From contig NW_024704742.1 in the NCBI RefSeq assembly GCF_018977255.1, forward strand, positions 5,272,001 through 5,336,000: a stretch of DNA of 64,000 nucleotides, in the 5' to 3' direction. This DNA comes from Callorhinchus milii. Lineage: Eukaryota. The translations under genes and the position numbers were made by a program. The notes under the pieces were generated by a model. The model saw nothing but the letters and a program-made list of their open reading frames with translations. It was not told the origin of the DNA and ran no database searches. Of the stretch, positions 1-13,369 are shown piece after piece; position 1 is the stretch's first letter, and every line of letters begins with the position of its first letter.

Positions 1-2370
1 AAATGTTACTGCTGTTATTAAATCTGCCCAATTGCTAACACCCAATGCAACGACACTTTACAATGTTTCTGAGACACAGAAATAGTTTTCACACTTTAGT
101 TCTCCTATTTTACAAGTGCCATGAAATTTCTCGTGGTCTGAGCCTTAAGAGCATTGCGTTTCAAATTTAAGAGAAATCTTCTAAGATTTAAGACGATGCA
201 GAATTTTGGGAGCATCTTTAAATTCAGTTTTCGTTTGGAAGATGATTTGCTGCAACTCTTAAAAAAAGACTGTGGGAAAACTATCTTCCAAATTAGGGCT
301 TAATTGGACACTTTTTCAAAATTCCCCATGAATGTAAATTTTTAAGACAACAGTCTCGAGGCTAACACCTTGAGAAACTTCGGGCTCTGGAAATCATGCA
401 AATAAGACATTTTTCCAAGAGTTTAACACGTATCTGCCTACAACAACAACGTGCATTTTATTTGGCTTCATTTAGGGTGACATCTTGGCGAACATTACAG
501 GGGGTGGGGGGTGAGATTTAAGAACAGGTAGAGAGGGGGATGAGGCCAGGAGAGGCAGAGGGGTAGCTCCGGGACACAAGGGGAGGGGCCTGCCTCGGTC
601 AGGGGGGGAAGGGGCCTGCCTCTATAATGTCACCCCCTTCCCTCTCACGTCACCCCTGTTCCCTTTTTTTTGAAAATATATATTTATTTATAAATATAAT
701 ATTTAGTCCAACAGAAATCCCAAACCAACACCACATCTTCTGTCCCAATTTCTGTTGCAGGCCCTCACCATCCCCTCGTTCTGCCAGAACACCCGGTTTC
801 GGGAATGCCAAAGGGCCTCCGTTACCGAGTTTATGATCTTCCAGGCGCACTCGTTGTGGGTTTCGCTGTGAATGCCCGGGATGAGACCGAACAGCTCCGA
901 GTGCCGTGACAGGGACGAACCGGGAGAGAATCCATTCCATCTTTTTCCCCCAAAATCCTTCTGATTTCACAGTGTCTATCATTGCTCCATTTGTTTGGTT
1001 TATAATGGATGACAACCAACTGGGAATAATCAGCTATTTGACAACACAGTACATATAGAGTTCATCCGACATGAACAATTATTATTATTATTATTATTAT
1101 GACGTCCCAATCTGCCTAAGGTTTCCTGAAATGTAAATTCAGAAGTAGGGGAAGCTCCCCAGTACATGTCAGGATTGACTAATTGTTGGATAGCTTCCTA
1201 CCATGGTATTTGATATTATGCTCTCTCTCTAGTGTCTGACATGAAATGTGAGCCCACACCTGATCTAACTGAGTTTCCCCATCCCCTCCACCACCACCAC
1301 CAAGAAATCGGATGAAATGAGATCCTGCTTTATTTTTAGATTTACTTCCGAAGCCAATTGGACCATCTCTCTATTCCTGTATGTGTCAAGGAATGAACCT
1401 TGGAATAGTGTGCAGTTAATCTCCTCTGCCTCTAGAAATTCAAAGAGTGGAGATTTGAACATTTACTCTTGTGTTTTCCCAGGCATACCTCCAAGATATG
1501 TCTCAATTTTAAAACCATTACTAATTGTGTTTTGGCCAGAACCGAGGTCTCAGCCAGATGGTTGAAAAAGCAGAAAGTAGCCTTTTGTATGAAATCACAA
1601 AGCTGTGCAGCTCCTGCTGCTTTATGGAGATAATTTTTAGCACGAGGTAAGCAATAATTTTCACCACCAAGCTTTCGTGTTGACCATTGCATGAGAAATA
1701 GGGATTTTTAGGGGCATTATGACTTGTGAAGATAAAACATAGCTGTCCCAAAAAACCCTAATTTTTCTTGCTGTTGTTTAAGCACACGGGGCTTTCCAAG
1801 AAATTAAAGCTTTTCCAATACGAGAAATAGTAAATGCCTCCATCTGCATTGAGCGCCAGGAACCAGAGCTGAAAACTGTAATGAGCTCAATACACCCGGA
1901 ACTAATCAGCATTTTCTCCATAAGCTCCAGGGCTACACTAAACTTAGGATAACACAGCCTAGAGTGGGTTACATAAGAGCGACACATGAAACAGTTCAAA
2001 CTGTGTGGTTCAAGTGGTTTCTTTAACACCAGTGTACTCCAGCTCTATTCAGAGATTATATTTTGTTGGTCAGAAACTTGCAGAAACCCATCACCGTACT
2101 TGAGAGTAGACTGAGTTCCACATATGTAATGGCGCATACACATGGAAAATTTTCTTTTATGGAATGCACACTCTCTCCCTGGAGGGATGAACCTCATTTC
2201 CAGAGAATATTGGGTGCAGGCGAGTAAGAGCCAAGATTTGGGCATCCCGAAGGATGTGTTAGGTACTGCTAGCTAAAAAAAACTGCATAAAGAGCATTTA
2301 GAGCACTGTCTGGCAAGCTTCTCGCTCAGTTAAGATGACACTAGCATTTAGGGCCTTGGCTTGTAGGGTT

Positions 2371-2942
2371 AACAACAACAACAAATTACATTTGTAATTT
2401 GTAAAGCACCTTTCAAGTCACCAGACCAAGGCACTGGACAGTCAGGGATTTGAACCTGAGTAAGGGGTTGGGATCGGGGGGTGGGGGGGAAAGGCAGGGA
2501 CGCTAGGGGTTGGTGGATGGCCAAAGACATGGTCGAAGAGGAGGGTCTTGAGATGTGCCTTGAAGGAGGTAAGGGAGGGAGCGAGGTAAAGGGACTGTGA
2601 GATTGAGTTCCATAGGGTGGGGGCAGAGAGGCTGAAGGCCCGACCGCTGATGGTGGGGCAGGACGGGCGTGGGATGTACAGAAGCCCGGAGCCTGCTGAG
2701 CGGAGAGAGCGGAAATGTTGATATGGGGTCAGCAGGTCACAGAGGTAGGAAGGAGCAAGGCTGTGGAGGGCTTTGAAGATGAGGATGAGGATTTTCAACT
2801 CTATCCTCTGGGGGACAGGGAGCCAGTGGAGCCGGGCGAGGGTGGGGCTGATGGGGTCACGGAGCCTGGTGCAGGAGAGGTCTCGAGTTGCAGAGTTCTG
2901 GATGCTCTGCAGCTTGTGGAGGGAAGAGTTGGGAAAGCCGAT
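2371..2942 (-). mobile_element. L2 LINE 3' fragment
   Basis: ORF2 C-terminus (LQSIQNSA...LHWLPVPQRIELK...GRAFSLSAPTLWNS...FKAHLKTLLF) and a (TTG)n tail. Confidence 0.9.
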
Positions 2943-5900
2943 TCTATTGTCAATCACGTCAACTTTTACGCCCACTCAGCTCCAAGGAAACCACTCTTTC
3001 ACCACCCCCCACTTTCCCTTCCCGAGAAGATGGTAAGTTTGGAACAAACCTCTGTATTTTTCTAAAATAATCTGTGGTCTTTAGCAAAACATATAATTGG
3101 GATGGTTATTTTCAAAAAAAGACTATAGAAGCCCAATTGTCTAATCACTAGTCAAAATGAAGGGATATTTTTATCATAAATTCTCATTACAGTGATATTT
3201 TGGCTTGAAGGATATAGTACAGGGATGATGTGGGCTGGTGGGTTTGCATTCATCTCTTTACTCTGAGTCGATGAGGACTTGATGGGCCAAATGACCCTTT
3301 CTCCGCTGTAGATTTCCATGTTTCTATGCATCTTCAAAAGGAATTAGGAGGCAAATGATAATTACTTTTCAAAAAAAACTATGTAGCATTTAATGGTCAC
3401 AGTAAATCTTGCCCTCCTAAATGTTTCTTGGTCTGGAGATGCCCTCCATCCCTAGATTTCTGCTGTTTATCACAGAAGCTATCCTGGCTCACTCATAGCT
3501 CTCAACAGCCTGGGTCTCTCTTGGATGGAAGTCTCCCACGATAAAGCAATAATCTTTTTGATCTGGATTCACGCCAAACCCGATGGGAACATGCTCTGTG
3601 CAAACTAATAGAAGCTTGCGCTAAGGTGCAGTGTTTGCACAGTGGTGACAAGTGAATAATGCAAGAGCGAACATTTCTGTAAGTTCCTTATCATGTTGAA
3701 ACATTTGAAAGCAAATTACAATAATTAATGGGTAGGTTATAGGGAATATTTTCATAACCAAACGCATTTGTATGGCACAATCAGCAATGATGGCCAATTC
3801 CCTTCTCTTTTTGAATAGTGTCACTTGAACAAGTTCATTCGGTCTTCCTGGTGTGAAAAGCCAGAAACTCACTTACCATCTTACAAAACTACAATTTGAT
3901 TCAGGCTTTGCTCTAAATACAACACAAAGTTACACTGATATACGGCACCTTTTACGTTGGGAGGATGTCCCAAAGCTGGTCAGGCAACCAAGCTGATGAG
4001 CGCAAATGTGATCAAAGAGGTACAACCTTGACACTTTAAATAAGCGAGACTTGCATGTACTTGGTCCTGATTGATTGCTTGTTTGCATTTAAGTGCAGAA
4101 ATCTTTGGTATAAATAAGTCACCCGTCATTGCCCTGCGTTCATTATAGCAGAAGATTCGAGACTAAATCCAGAGCAGGCAGCAAATAATGCAAGATTAAA
4201 ACTGGGACTTTGCAGGCCAGTTGGTGCAACTTTGTGACATCTTGCTCACAAAGACCCAGTCTCAAACCCACTGTACCCATCATTCGGTGATTGTCTCATT
4301 CAATAGGTACATTTCACTTGTTGCTCAATGTCTTTTCACCCTGTGTACCGATGTAGTTAAAATAACTTTATGACGTCTTTAGGGGTCGTTTGAATTTCAT
4401 TTATAACAATATTGTGATGGCTGGATCAGTCTTGTTGTTAGTTTTCTGCCTTAAACCTGAGTCACTACCAAAACTTAGTCTCAGACGTGTTTGAATACGC
4501 TTGAAGCACAGGCAATAAACTCTGTGATCAGAGTTAAAGGCAGATCCTCTGCCACTCTCTATTCGCGGCTGCTATTCTTTCTGCTTCTGTCTGATCTGTC
4601 CAACCCACTAGACATAGCCTGAGCAGAGTCATTAAAAGTTTTGAAAGTGTTTCTAGCTACACAATTAATTGTAGGCAAATTTGTGCAAATTCCATTTTGC
4701 AGACATTGCTTCTCTTACTTTGTTCTGGAATTAAAGAGGAACAGTAATAACAATCCTTCCATTTGATATACAGCATCTTTCATGACAGGAGGACATCTCA
4801 AACAGCTTCACTGGACATACTGACAGGTCATTCGGTCCATTATGTCTTCGCTGGTGTTTCTCTCCACTTAATGCAATCTTATTTTTTTGTTTGCTTCTCC
4901 CATACTCTTTAAAGTCCCACCTATGAAAATTGATGGATTCTGGATTGGATTGACATTTAAATGGCAAGAAGAAGGAATTGGTAAGGTGCGTCCTCTAAAA
5001 CAATCCGGTAAACATAGTTGACCTCAATTTTACTGGGCATTGAAACCCAAACAGGCCTTCCCTAGTACATATATTTAATATATTTAATAATAAGCATTGC
5101 ACTTGATATAGCGCCTTATCACGTCTGCAAGACGTCTCAAAGTGCTTCGCAGAATCTGCTGTAAAGTGAATTGACTGTGTATTTTGTGGGCAAAATCGAA
5201 ATCGATAAGAAAGTAACAAACAGTTAACATAGATAATGCTCTGTTGATCAGCACCTTCTTTTTTTAAAAAAATGAGATCTGGTTAGAACAGGATTGAGCG
5301 TTTCCAGCTAAGTACAGGTAATTAAATTGTTGTGCGAAACATGTGGAACTGTGGAAAATGTCACAGCAACTGGCCTGGGATGTATAGCGTAGGATAGAAA
5401 GATAATATTTCTTCTAGACTTTAGGATGAATAAACAGAACTGAAGAGGTGACACTTTGATGTTAACTCTCGGCAAAGAGATAGCTCTGCTGGTAACCCAC
5501 TCCGGACCAAAGCAGCCTACAGTGTGACCTGCGTTGGAAAGTCGTATACATCAAGTCATCTGACAAGGGCTTAGCTCTGACTCGAAATATCCTCAGAACC
5601 GAGGTCTTGTGAGATGATACCTGTGTCTCCCAGTCACGGAGTTTCTAAATTGCCGCACACGTCATGACTGTAATCAGAAGAATCCTATCCCCTTGTCCGG
5701 GTTGTGATAGGGTCGTAAAAATTCTTGCAGCCAACAATGAGATTGGAGAATTATAAACAAGGGGCTGTGACCCAGGCTGGAACACTTTAACCCGTTAATA
5801 ACTAACTGTGCTGGAGATTTTTTTCTCAACCAGGTCAAACCCAAACGTGCACAATCATCTGTGATTAAACTGTCAGGAAGGCGAAGCCAAGTGCGAAGAG

Positions 5901-6071
5901 GTCCTGGACTTCTTTATCTCCAGACCTGGCTGCCTCCTCCTCCTCCTCTTCCCCACCCACCACCATGTCATCGACCGCCTGCCAATGCCTCCTCCGCCAC
6001 TCTCTCCTCCTACCACGGCCCACACCTTTGCCCCCATCTCTCCCTCCTCCCTTTCCTTCACCATAATCCTT

Positions 6072-6372
6072 GCATAATAATAATAAATGATCCTTGCATT
6101 TGATATAGCGCCTGATTGCGTCTTCGAGACGTCTCAAAGCGCTTCACGGAATATACTGTAAAGCGAATCGACTGTATGTTTTATTTTTAAAAGGAACTAT
6201 TACCCCCGGAAAAGCAATCCGCCAATCGACTAACAACCAGGTTCCTACTTACTGCTGGTAAACAGAGGCGTGTGGAGTAAGGAAACTCGCCCGAGGTTTT
6301 GCCCTGCCGGGAATCGAACCCAGGTCTCTCGCTTGCAAGGTGAACGCTCTCACCACTGAGCTACAAGCCTCC
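6072..6372 (-). mobile_element. tRNA-headed SINE (long subfamily) inserted in L2
   Basis: A/B-box head, gtgataagg-like tail and (ATT)n end. Confidence 0.85.
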
Positions 6373-7439
6373 ATCTACATCAACCAGATGAAGCCAACCA
6401 ACTGCTGCCTTGACCCTCTCCCCACCCAGCTTCTGGGCACTCAACCAGTCCCTCTCCTCAGGCTCCATCCCACTCCCCCTCAAAACCACTCACCTTCTTG
6501 AAAAACCTACCCTCGATCCCTCCAACCTGACAAACTTCAGAGCCTCTCAAACCTACCCTTTTGGAACTCGTTGCAAATCAACTTCACTCAAACCTCTCCC
6601 TCCATTCCCTACTGGAACCCTTCTAGTCCGATTTTTGCCCGGCCCACAGCACAGAGATAGCGCTCGTCAAAGTATCAAATGACATCCACACTCCAGGGCT
6701 CCCTCTGCCTCCTCATCCTCCTGGATCTCTCCGGCACATTCGACACAGTCGATCACGCCATCCTCCTCCACCATCTCTCCTCCCTCATCCACCTTAGTGG
6801 GACCGCACTCGGATGGTTCGAGTCCTGCTTAACTAACCGCCAACAATGCATCTCGGCAAATGGTTTCTCCTCCTGCCCGGAAACCTGCAGAGTACCCCAA
6901 GGCTCCATTCTTTGGGCCCCTTCTTTTCCTTATCTACACGCTCCCTCTCAGCAATGTCATCCACTGATATGGGGTCAACTTCCACATGTATGCGGATGAC
7001 ACCCAAATCTACTCCTCCTCCAGCTGTGACTCCCATGTCCTGTCAGCTTGTTTGACGGGCATCAAAGCCTGGATAAGCACAAGTTTCCTGCAGCTGAATG
7101 TCGGCAAGACGGAAGCGGTGCTCGTTGGCTCCCCGTCAACGTCTTCTCTCCTGCAGGTCTGAACTCCTCAACCTCCCCGGGCTCTCCCTCAGACTCTCCA
7201 AACCCACGCGCAACTTAGGCGTCAGGTTAATCCCCAGCTTTCCTTTCTACCCCACCCCGGTTCCCTGATCAGCACCGCTGTTTTCCAGCTCTATCACATT
7301 GCCCGCTTCCGACGGAAACTCACAACAAAAGCAGCCGAAAACCCTTGTACACGCCTTTGTCACTTCCCGGCTGGACCATTCCAATGCCCTCCTCGCTGGT
7401 CTCCCCAGCTCCACCGAACACAAAATTAAATTCCCACCC

Positions 7440-7531
7440 GCACCAAACTCTGTACCCTCATCGCACCAAACTCTGTACCCCCATCGCACCAAACTCTGTA
7501 CCCCCATCACACCAAATTCTGTACCCCCATC
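7440..7531. repeat. 4 x 23-bp tandem repeat inside L2
   Basis: gcaccaaactctgtacccccatc repeated four times. Confidence 0.9.
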
Positions 7532-8789
7532 GGCTTGCCAGGCTCCCCACCGGCTCCCGATGACTGAATGGATCGATGTCAAGATCCTCTCCAGCAAATC
7601 TATCCGATTTGCTTACCCGCCACTACCCCCTTGCCCGCTGCCTCCGTTCGGGCTGGCTTCGGCCTCCTGACCGCCCCTCCTCCTCTCCGCTCCACCATCG
7701 GTGGCCGTGCCTTCAGCCACTGCGCCCTGAAACTCTGGAACCCTCTCCCTCAATCCCTCCGCCTTGCCCCCTCCCTCCCCACTTTAAAATCCCGCCTAAA
7801 GACCTTCCTTTTTGATCGTGATTACAGACACCTCACCCCCTCCCGTATGATGGGCGCCTCATAAGCACAAGTTGTCGTGGACAAAGCTCGATCGTTCTGA
7901 AAGCTCACGAAAATGGGGTGAATCGTTCTCATTCAGAGTACGAACATTCTCCTGTTTAAGAAGAAACTTGAGAAATGCATGAGGGAGAGGGAAATATCGT
8001 GGTGCAGGAGAGATTAGGAGAGGTAGAGGCATGGTCTGGAATAAACCATATAGTATAGACGTCTAGAAGACGTGAAAAGCCCTACATCAAATGCAAGGAT
8101 TATTATTATTGTGGTCAGGTCAAGTATAAACACTGGCCTGGGCGAGGCGGGCTGAGTGGCCTGATTCCGTGCTATCACCACGAGCAATTCTCTAAAATAG
8201 TTCTTTGCTACTTCCATTCGATCTGGATTTCTCCTCTTGCTATTTCTGGTTTTCCATTATTCTTTGTGCATTATCCTTTCGCTGAACAACACTTGAAAGT
8301 GCAACACACGCTTCTTTATTCAGTTAAAACCATGCAGTGAGCGGGGGGACACCGCCGCAAGGCAGCAAATGGCTTTAAGCTGTACGCTTGGGAGTCTTTT
8401 CGGAAAGAAGGACGGCAGTTGGTGGGTCCGAATCATTTCGTAAAGACACTCAGACCACAAGTGAAAACAACTGTTGCTTCGCAGCAGCGGAAACTGAACT
8501 TTGATTAAGTGCAGCAACCCCTCCTCTCCTCCCCATGTTACATAATCAATCTGTGGGACTGTGGTACGTCGAGGCTCATTTCTTGTTATTCCATTAAACA
8601 TTCCTCTGCCTTTCAGACGGCCGTTGATGGAAAAGACAAAACAAAACGGGAGCCCTGAAGTGACATTGTTTATTATCGCCCACCGTTGAGGACCGCTCAG
8701 TGCTGCTTGCCTCCCATTTCCCTGACCGTGAAGTCCTCAGCGTCAGCTGTGTTGTCGGGATGCGCACAAAACTAATTCCCTGCGGACTG

Positions 8790-9044
8790 GCAACAACAAC
8801 AACAACAACAAAATCACAACAACAACAACAAAATTACATTTGTAAAGCGCCTTTCGCGTCGGGAGGACGTCCCCAGGCGCTGGACAGATAGAGTTTCGGA
8901 CCCGAGCTGGGGGGGCGGGGGGGGGGGGGGGCGCGGGGGGAAGCAGGGAGATCGAAAGCAACGGCGAAGAGGAGGGGCTTGAGATGGGTCTTGAAGGAGG
9001 CAAAGGAGGGGAGCGAGGCGGAGTGACTGCGGGATGGAGTTCCA
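8790..9044 (-). mobile_element. L2 3' end
   Basis: WNS...FKTHLK-like remnant, tail hairpin and (TTG)n. Confidence 0.75.
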
Positions 9045-9691
9045 TATTGAATGTTTGCCTGCTCTCTTAGTTGGGGTTAATGGAAGCTTGGGATGGTGGT
9101 GGGAGATGGGGTGGGGGTTGCGGGAGGCAGAGGGGTGGTGGGGGGGGGGGTGTTGGAGGGTTAAAAGTTACAAAACTGAGGAACACATCCAAACATACAA
9201 AATGACTTCTCCCCTTTCGCACGACGAACATGGCCTGTTTGTAACAAAGTGTGAAACTGAAAGTGTAAATGCTTACTGCAGTACCGCTTTAAAATTCCAG
9301 CACCTCTCATGACCTACTTCAGCGCAGTTTGGAAACAGCCAGAAATCCAATCTTCTCCAGATACTGCACAACACATCCTGGTCATGCTGCACACTGCTGT
9401 TTGGTCGTTATTCTTTAAGTAACGTACTCCCCAAGTTGTCTCATCTGCCACCCGGCCATCTCAGGTCCTGGGGAGGAACACCCTTCACTCGTCTTTATCT
9501 CTTCCTTTGAAGTAGTTTGCTTGGTGTGAGTTGCCACTCCTTCCTACCAACTTGTTTTCTTTTCCTTAGCCCTTCCTCTTCACTGACGGCACATTGCTTT
9601 TATACCCAGAGACCAGTCAGAACCCACCCACCTTGGCGCGAGCCAGTTTTGGTAGATTGAATTGCAGTCTCTTCCAACCTTATCCCCCCCT

Positions 9692-9753
9692 CACACGCAC
9701 ACACACACGCACGCACACACACACACGCACGCACACGCACGTACACACACACA
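9692..9753. repeat. (CA/CG)n microsatellite
   Basis: Alternating purine-pyrimidine tract read directly. Confidence 0.9.
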
Positions 9754-11702
9754 CTCAACTCACTCACTCCCCAACCCTCTCGAATCACCTGACCCTCAGA
9801 AAAAGAAAAACTGCCAAAAATACATTTACACTGGACAGCCTGCAGTGAAACAGTTACATAAAACACGCTCGCTTAGTTTGACTTTTAAAATGGGAGGAAA
9901 AGAAGTTGGCAGAGAGCAGGCAGACAGGAACCCACTAACCCACTCTCATCCAAACCCAATTGCCTCGACAAGACAAAGGTTCGGGGGCCAAAAAGAAGCA
10001 AACGTGCACCAGCGTCCTCTCCTGTTAGCGGGGTTGGAACTTGAATCTTGCTTGCTATAAATATGGCCTAGGGTTCCTATATTGAAGCTGTAAGTCATTC
10101 CCCCACTCGGTCCTATTCCCTACCCTCCCCCCACCCCCCAAAAATAGCTTGGGTTTACCCCCGTTTCTGCATCCCCTGTTTGCCATCTGATAAAAACAGA
10201 GTCTCTATTTGCCAGATCTGGAGTATCTAATCTTTCCTCGGATGGAGGGGAGGGGAAGCAACACACTTTGGTTAGAAGGGTTAATATGATGAGTGCATAT
10301 ATATTATATATATAGCAACACATTGCCATCAAGCTCCAGCTTATAGCCAGGACATGAACCTCACTGAACAGCAACATTACCAATTGGAAGGTCAAACTGC
10401 TTATCTACACCTCAACCAGAATAGTCACCGAATCCCAGATATAAGAGTATGTTTTTTTTTTAGCGATTACCCTCAGCAGACATCAATCTAAGCCTTCCAG
10501 TTTACTTGTCAAATCTTTTGACAAGCATCAGCCTTCCTCGTGGTGTATGGATGTACACAACTTACCAGTCCTGGAGGTCCAAGTCCAATGTTGCTTGCAA
10601 AGCTTTCTGGATGCCAAAAGCTAAATCCAGATCTTATAGTAATAAATCCAGATCTTCACGTCAAATACGCATCCACTAACTCCAGGATGCTGACCGACAG
10701 TTTGTTTTATTTCTTTATACCTCACCTCACAGCTTAGAAGGGAGTTTCTCTCCTCTGGTGTCTTGGCCAACAATCCCCCAAATAAAACTGGTCGCTCACT
10801 CCACGGCCGTTTGTGGGACGCCGCTGTGCGCAACTGGCTGCCGCGTTTTGCCCACAAAATACACAGTCAATCCACTTGACAGCATATCCTGTGAAGCGCT
10901 TTGAGACGTCTCAATAATGTGATAAGGTGCCATATCAAATGCAAGGATTATTATTAGTAGTAGAATTATTAGACATGGATCTGACACACGGGCTGCAGGA
11001 CACCTCCCCTTTGTATTCCTAGGAACAACGAGGGACAACTGTTTGGACATTCTGTTATATGTCGTAAAATGAACTTGTCTCGGGACTTTTCAAGCGATGA
11101 GAACGACTCGAGCTTCACTCCTTTTCAGTACGATCCTCAAGAATTGTTTCCAAGCAAAGATCAGGAATCCATCAAGACTCGAGAGGCCTAAAGTTCCGTC
11201 TGATTAAATTGTGAAGCCACATGTCCAAGGAATGAAACGGAACTGATCAGTTCGAGCCTCTTCAGTTCTTTCTAACATTCAAAAGGCAACTCTAAAAAAA
11301 TTGGGCCGCACATTAGGTGCAGTTACACAGCAAGGAGTGAACACATATCGTAACTGTTTCAGATGATCCACATCTTCCACCAAACTTTGCGTTTCTGGAA
11401 ACTCAGCAGTGCTATCATTACATCAAACAAATGTACAGCGACTGAGACATAATTCTACAGATTCTCAGTATGAATGTTAGTAGCTACACAACGCACTCGG
11501 CCACGAATATAACTTTGGGAAGCTATTATCTGAGTTCAGTCCCTCTTATTTCCAAGTGCATTGGCAGTATGGATTTCTATGTAGTTTGTAATGAAATTTC
11601 AGGCTGCTTTTTGGTGAACCCAAGACAAATTTGTCTCTGGATTCATGTGATTCTAACTGATGAAAATTAATTACTATGAGTTCTTTTACAAAATTAAACA
11701 TC

Positions 11703-12073
11703 AATAATAATCCTTGCATTTGATACAGCTCCTTATCACGTCTTCGAGACATCTCAAAGCGCTTCACACAATATACGGTAAAGTGAATTGACTGTATATC
11801 TTGTGGGCAAAACCAGCAGCCAATTGCACACAGCAGCGTCCCACAAACAGTCGTGGATTGCATGACCAATTCATTATTATTTACTTTTTTGAAGGATTTA
11901 TTATCCCTGGAAAAGTGATCCGCCAATTGACTAACAACCACGTTCTTACTTACTGCTCGGTAAACAGAAACATGTGGGATAAGGAAACTTGCCCAAGGTT
12001 TCGTCCTGCCGGGAATCGAACCCAGGTTTCTCGCTTGTGAGGCGAGTGCTCTAACCACTGAGCTACAGGATTC
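11703..12073 (-). mobile_element. Full-length tRNA-headed SINE (long subfamily)
   Basis: Matches the reverse complement of the 12993-13369 copy. Confidence 0.9.
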
Positions 12074-12992
12074 TGAATATCGACAACAATATTTTAAGTT
12101 AGTGGCGAAGCCAAAAACCTCAGAACAAGTGGAATTTTGTTTATCTCGTGGCTCATTTGATTGTTGCATAACGAAGAAAGTAAATCACTTTATCCACAAA
12201 ACAATTACGGAGGGAGGGGGCGGGTGGGAAAACATATGCAATCGTGAACAGCATAGCTTGTCTTTTTCATCTCTGACCTTATCAACCCCCAATTCTCGTT
12301 GGGTTCCATTGGCCCCCCCCATCCCCCAACAAATCAAGTTGAAGATCCTCATTCGTACCTTTAAATCCCTCCATGGATTGGCCACACGCTGCCTCTGAGA
12401 CCTCCTAGAACCAGCCCGGTTGCTCCCTCAGCGTGTATGGACTCCAACCCCCCAAAAACCTTTTCCCACCCAATCTGGCCCAACATTGTTGATTGAGCTT
12501 TCAGCAGCGGCAACAACAACAAATTACATTTGTGTAGCGTCTTTCACATCTGGAGGACGTCCCAAGGCTCTGAACAGTCAGAGAACCCCACCCATTTCAG
12601 CCATTCTGCCCCTGCTCTCTGGAACCCAAGCCGGGAGTCCCTCCAACTTACTCCCTTCCCCCTTTTGAGGCACGTCTCACCTCTTTGACTGCACTTTCGG
12701 TCATGTTTCCCCCTCCTCGCCCCCAACTCCATCTTGGGTGCCCTTCCAGCACCGTGAATGTGTTTGAGATGTCCTCCCGCCCCCTGAAAGAAGCCGTCCA
12801 AATGTAAATTGTATTGTAAATCTCTTTAAGCGGGTTAGGCTTGGAAAATCTAAACACAATTATCTGTGTTGGTAATATCCAAGCTGTAATGATATATCAA
12901 ATAATAATTAAAGATAATCCTTGCAATTGATGTAGCGTCTTGTTAGGTCGATTAAATGTTTTTAAGTGTTCATAGGATTTTATTATAAAGTG

Positions 12993-13369
12993 TGGAGTCC
13001 TGTAGCTCAGTGGTTAGAGCACTCATCTCTCAAGCGAGAAGACCTGGATTTGATTCCCGGGCGGAGTGAAACGTTGGGAAAGTTTCCTTACTCCACACGC
13101 TTCTGTTTACTTAGCAGTAAGTAGGAACCCAGTTGATTGGGGGATCGCTTTTCCCGGGGGTAATAACTCCTCCAAAAAAATAATAATAAATTGGTCACTC
13201 AATCCATGACTGTTTGTGGGGACGCTGCTGTGCGCAATTGGCCGCCGCGTTTCGCCCACAAAATATACAGTCAATTCACTTTACAGTATATTCTGTGAAG
13301 TGCTTTGAGACGTCTCAAAGACGTGATAAGGCGCTGTATCAAATGCAAGGATTATTATTATTATTATTA
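12993..13369 (+). mobile_element. Full-length tRNA-headed SINE (long subfamily)
   Basis: Head tggagtcctgtagctcagtggttagagc, central segment, gctgtgcgcaattggc module, tail hairpin and (ATT)n. Confidence 0.92.

Larger units (their letters stand above)
5878..7842 (+). mobile_element. Degenerate L2 LINE ORF2 (reverse transcriptase), interrupted by a SINE
   Basis: LLDLSGTFDTVDH, VPQGSI and YADD (tatgcggatgac near 6988), then GGRAFSHCALKLWNPLP...LKTFLF; frameshifted. Confidence 0.92.

Noticed and set aside
1265..2245. Run of minus-strand ORFs suggesting a fragmented gene or transposase
   Set aside because: No recognisable domain, and part (2070-2245) is a decayed repeat copy.
9275..9467. Possible minus-strand first exon (MRGAGILKRYC then gtaagc)
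   Set aside because: Peptide not recognised and no compatible downstream exon found; the cassette at 3877-3912 would introduce a stop.
12993..13065. tRNA genes (also near 18043, 33522, 47012)
   Set aside because: These are tRNA-derived SINE heads that run into SINE bodies or are truncated; no proper acceptor stem was seen.
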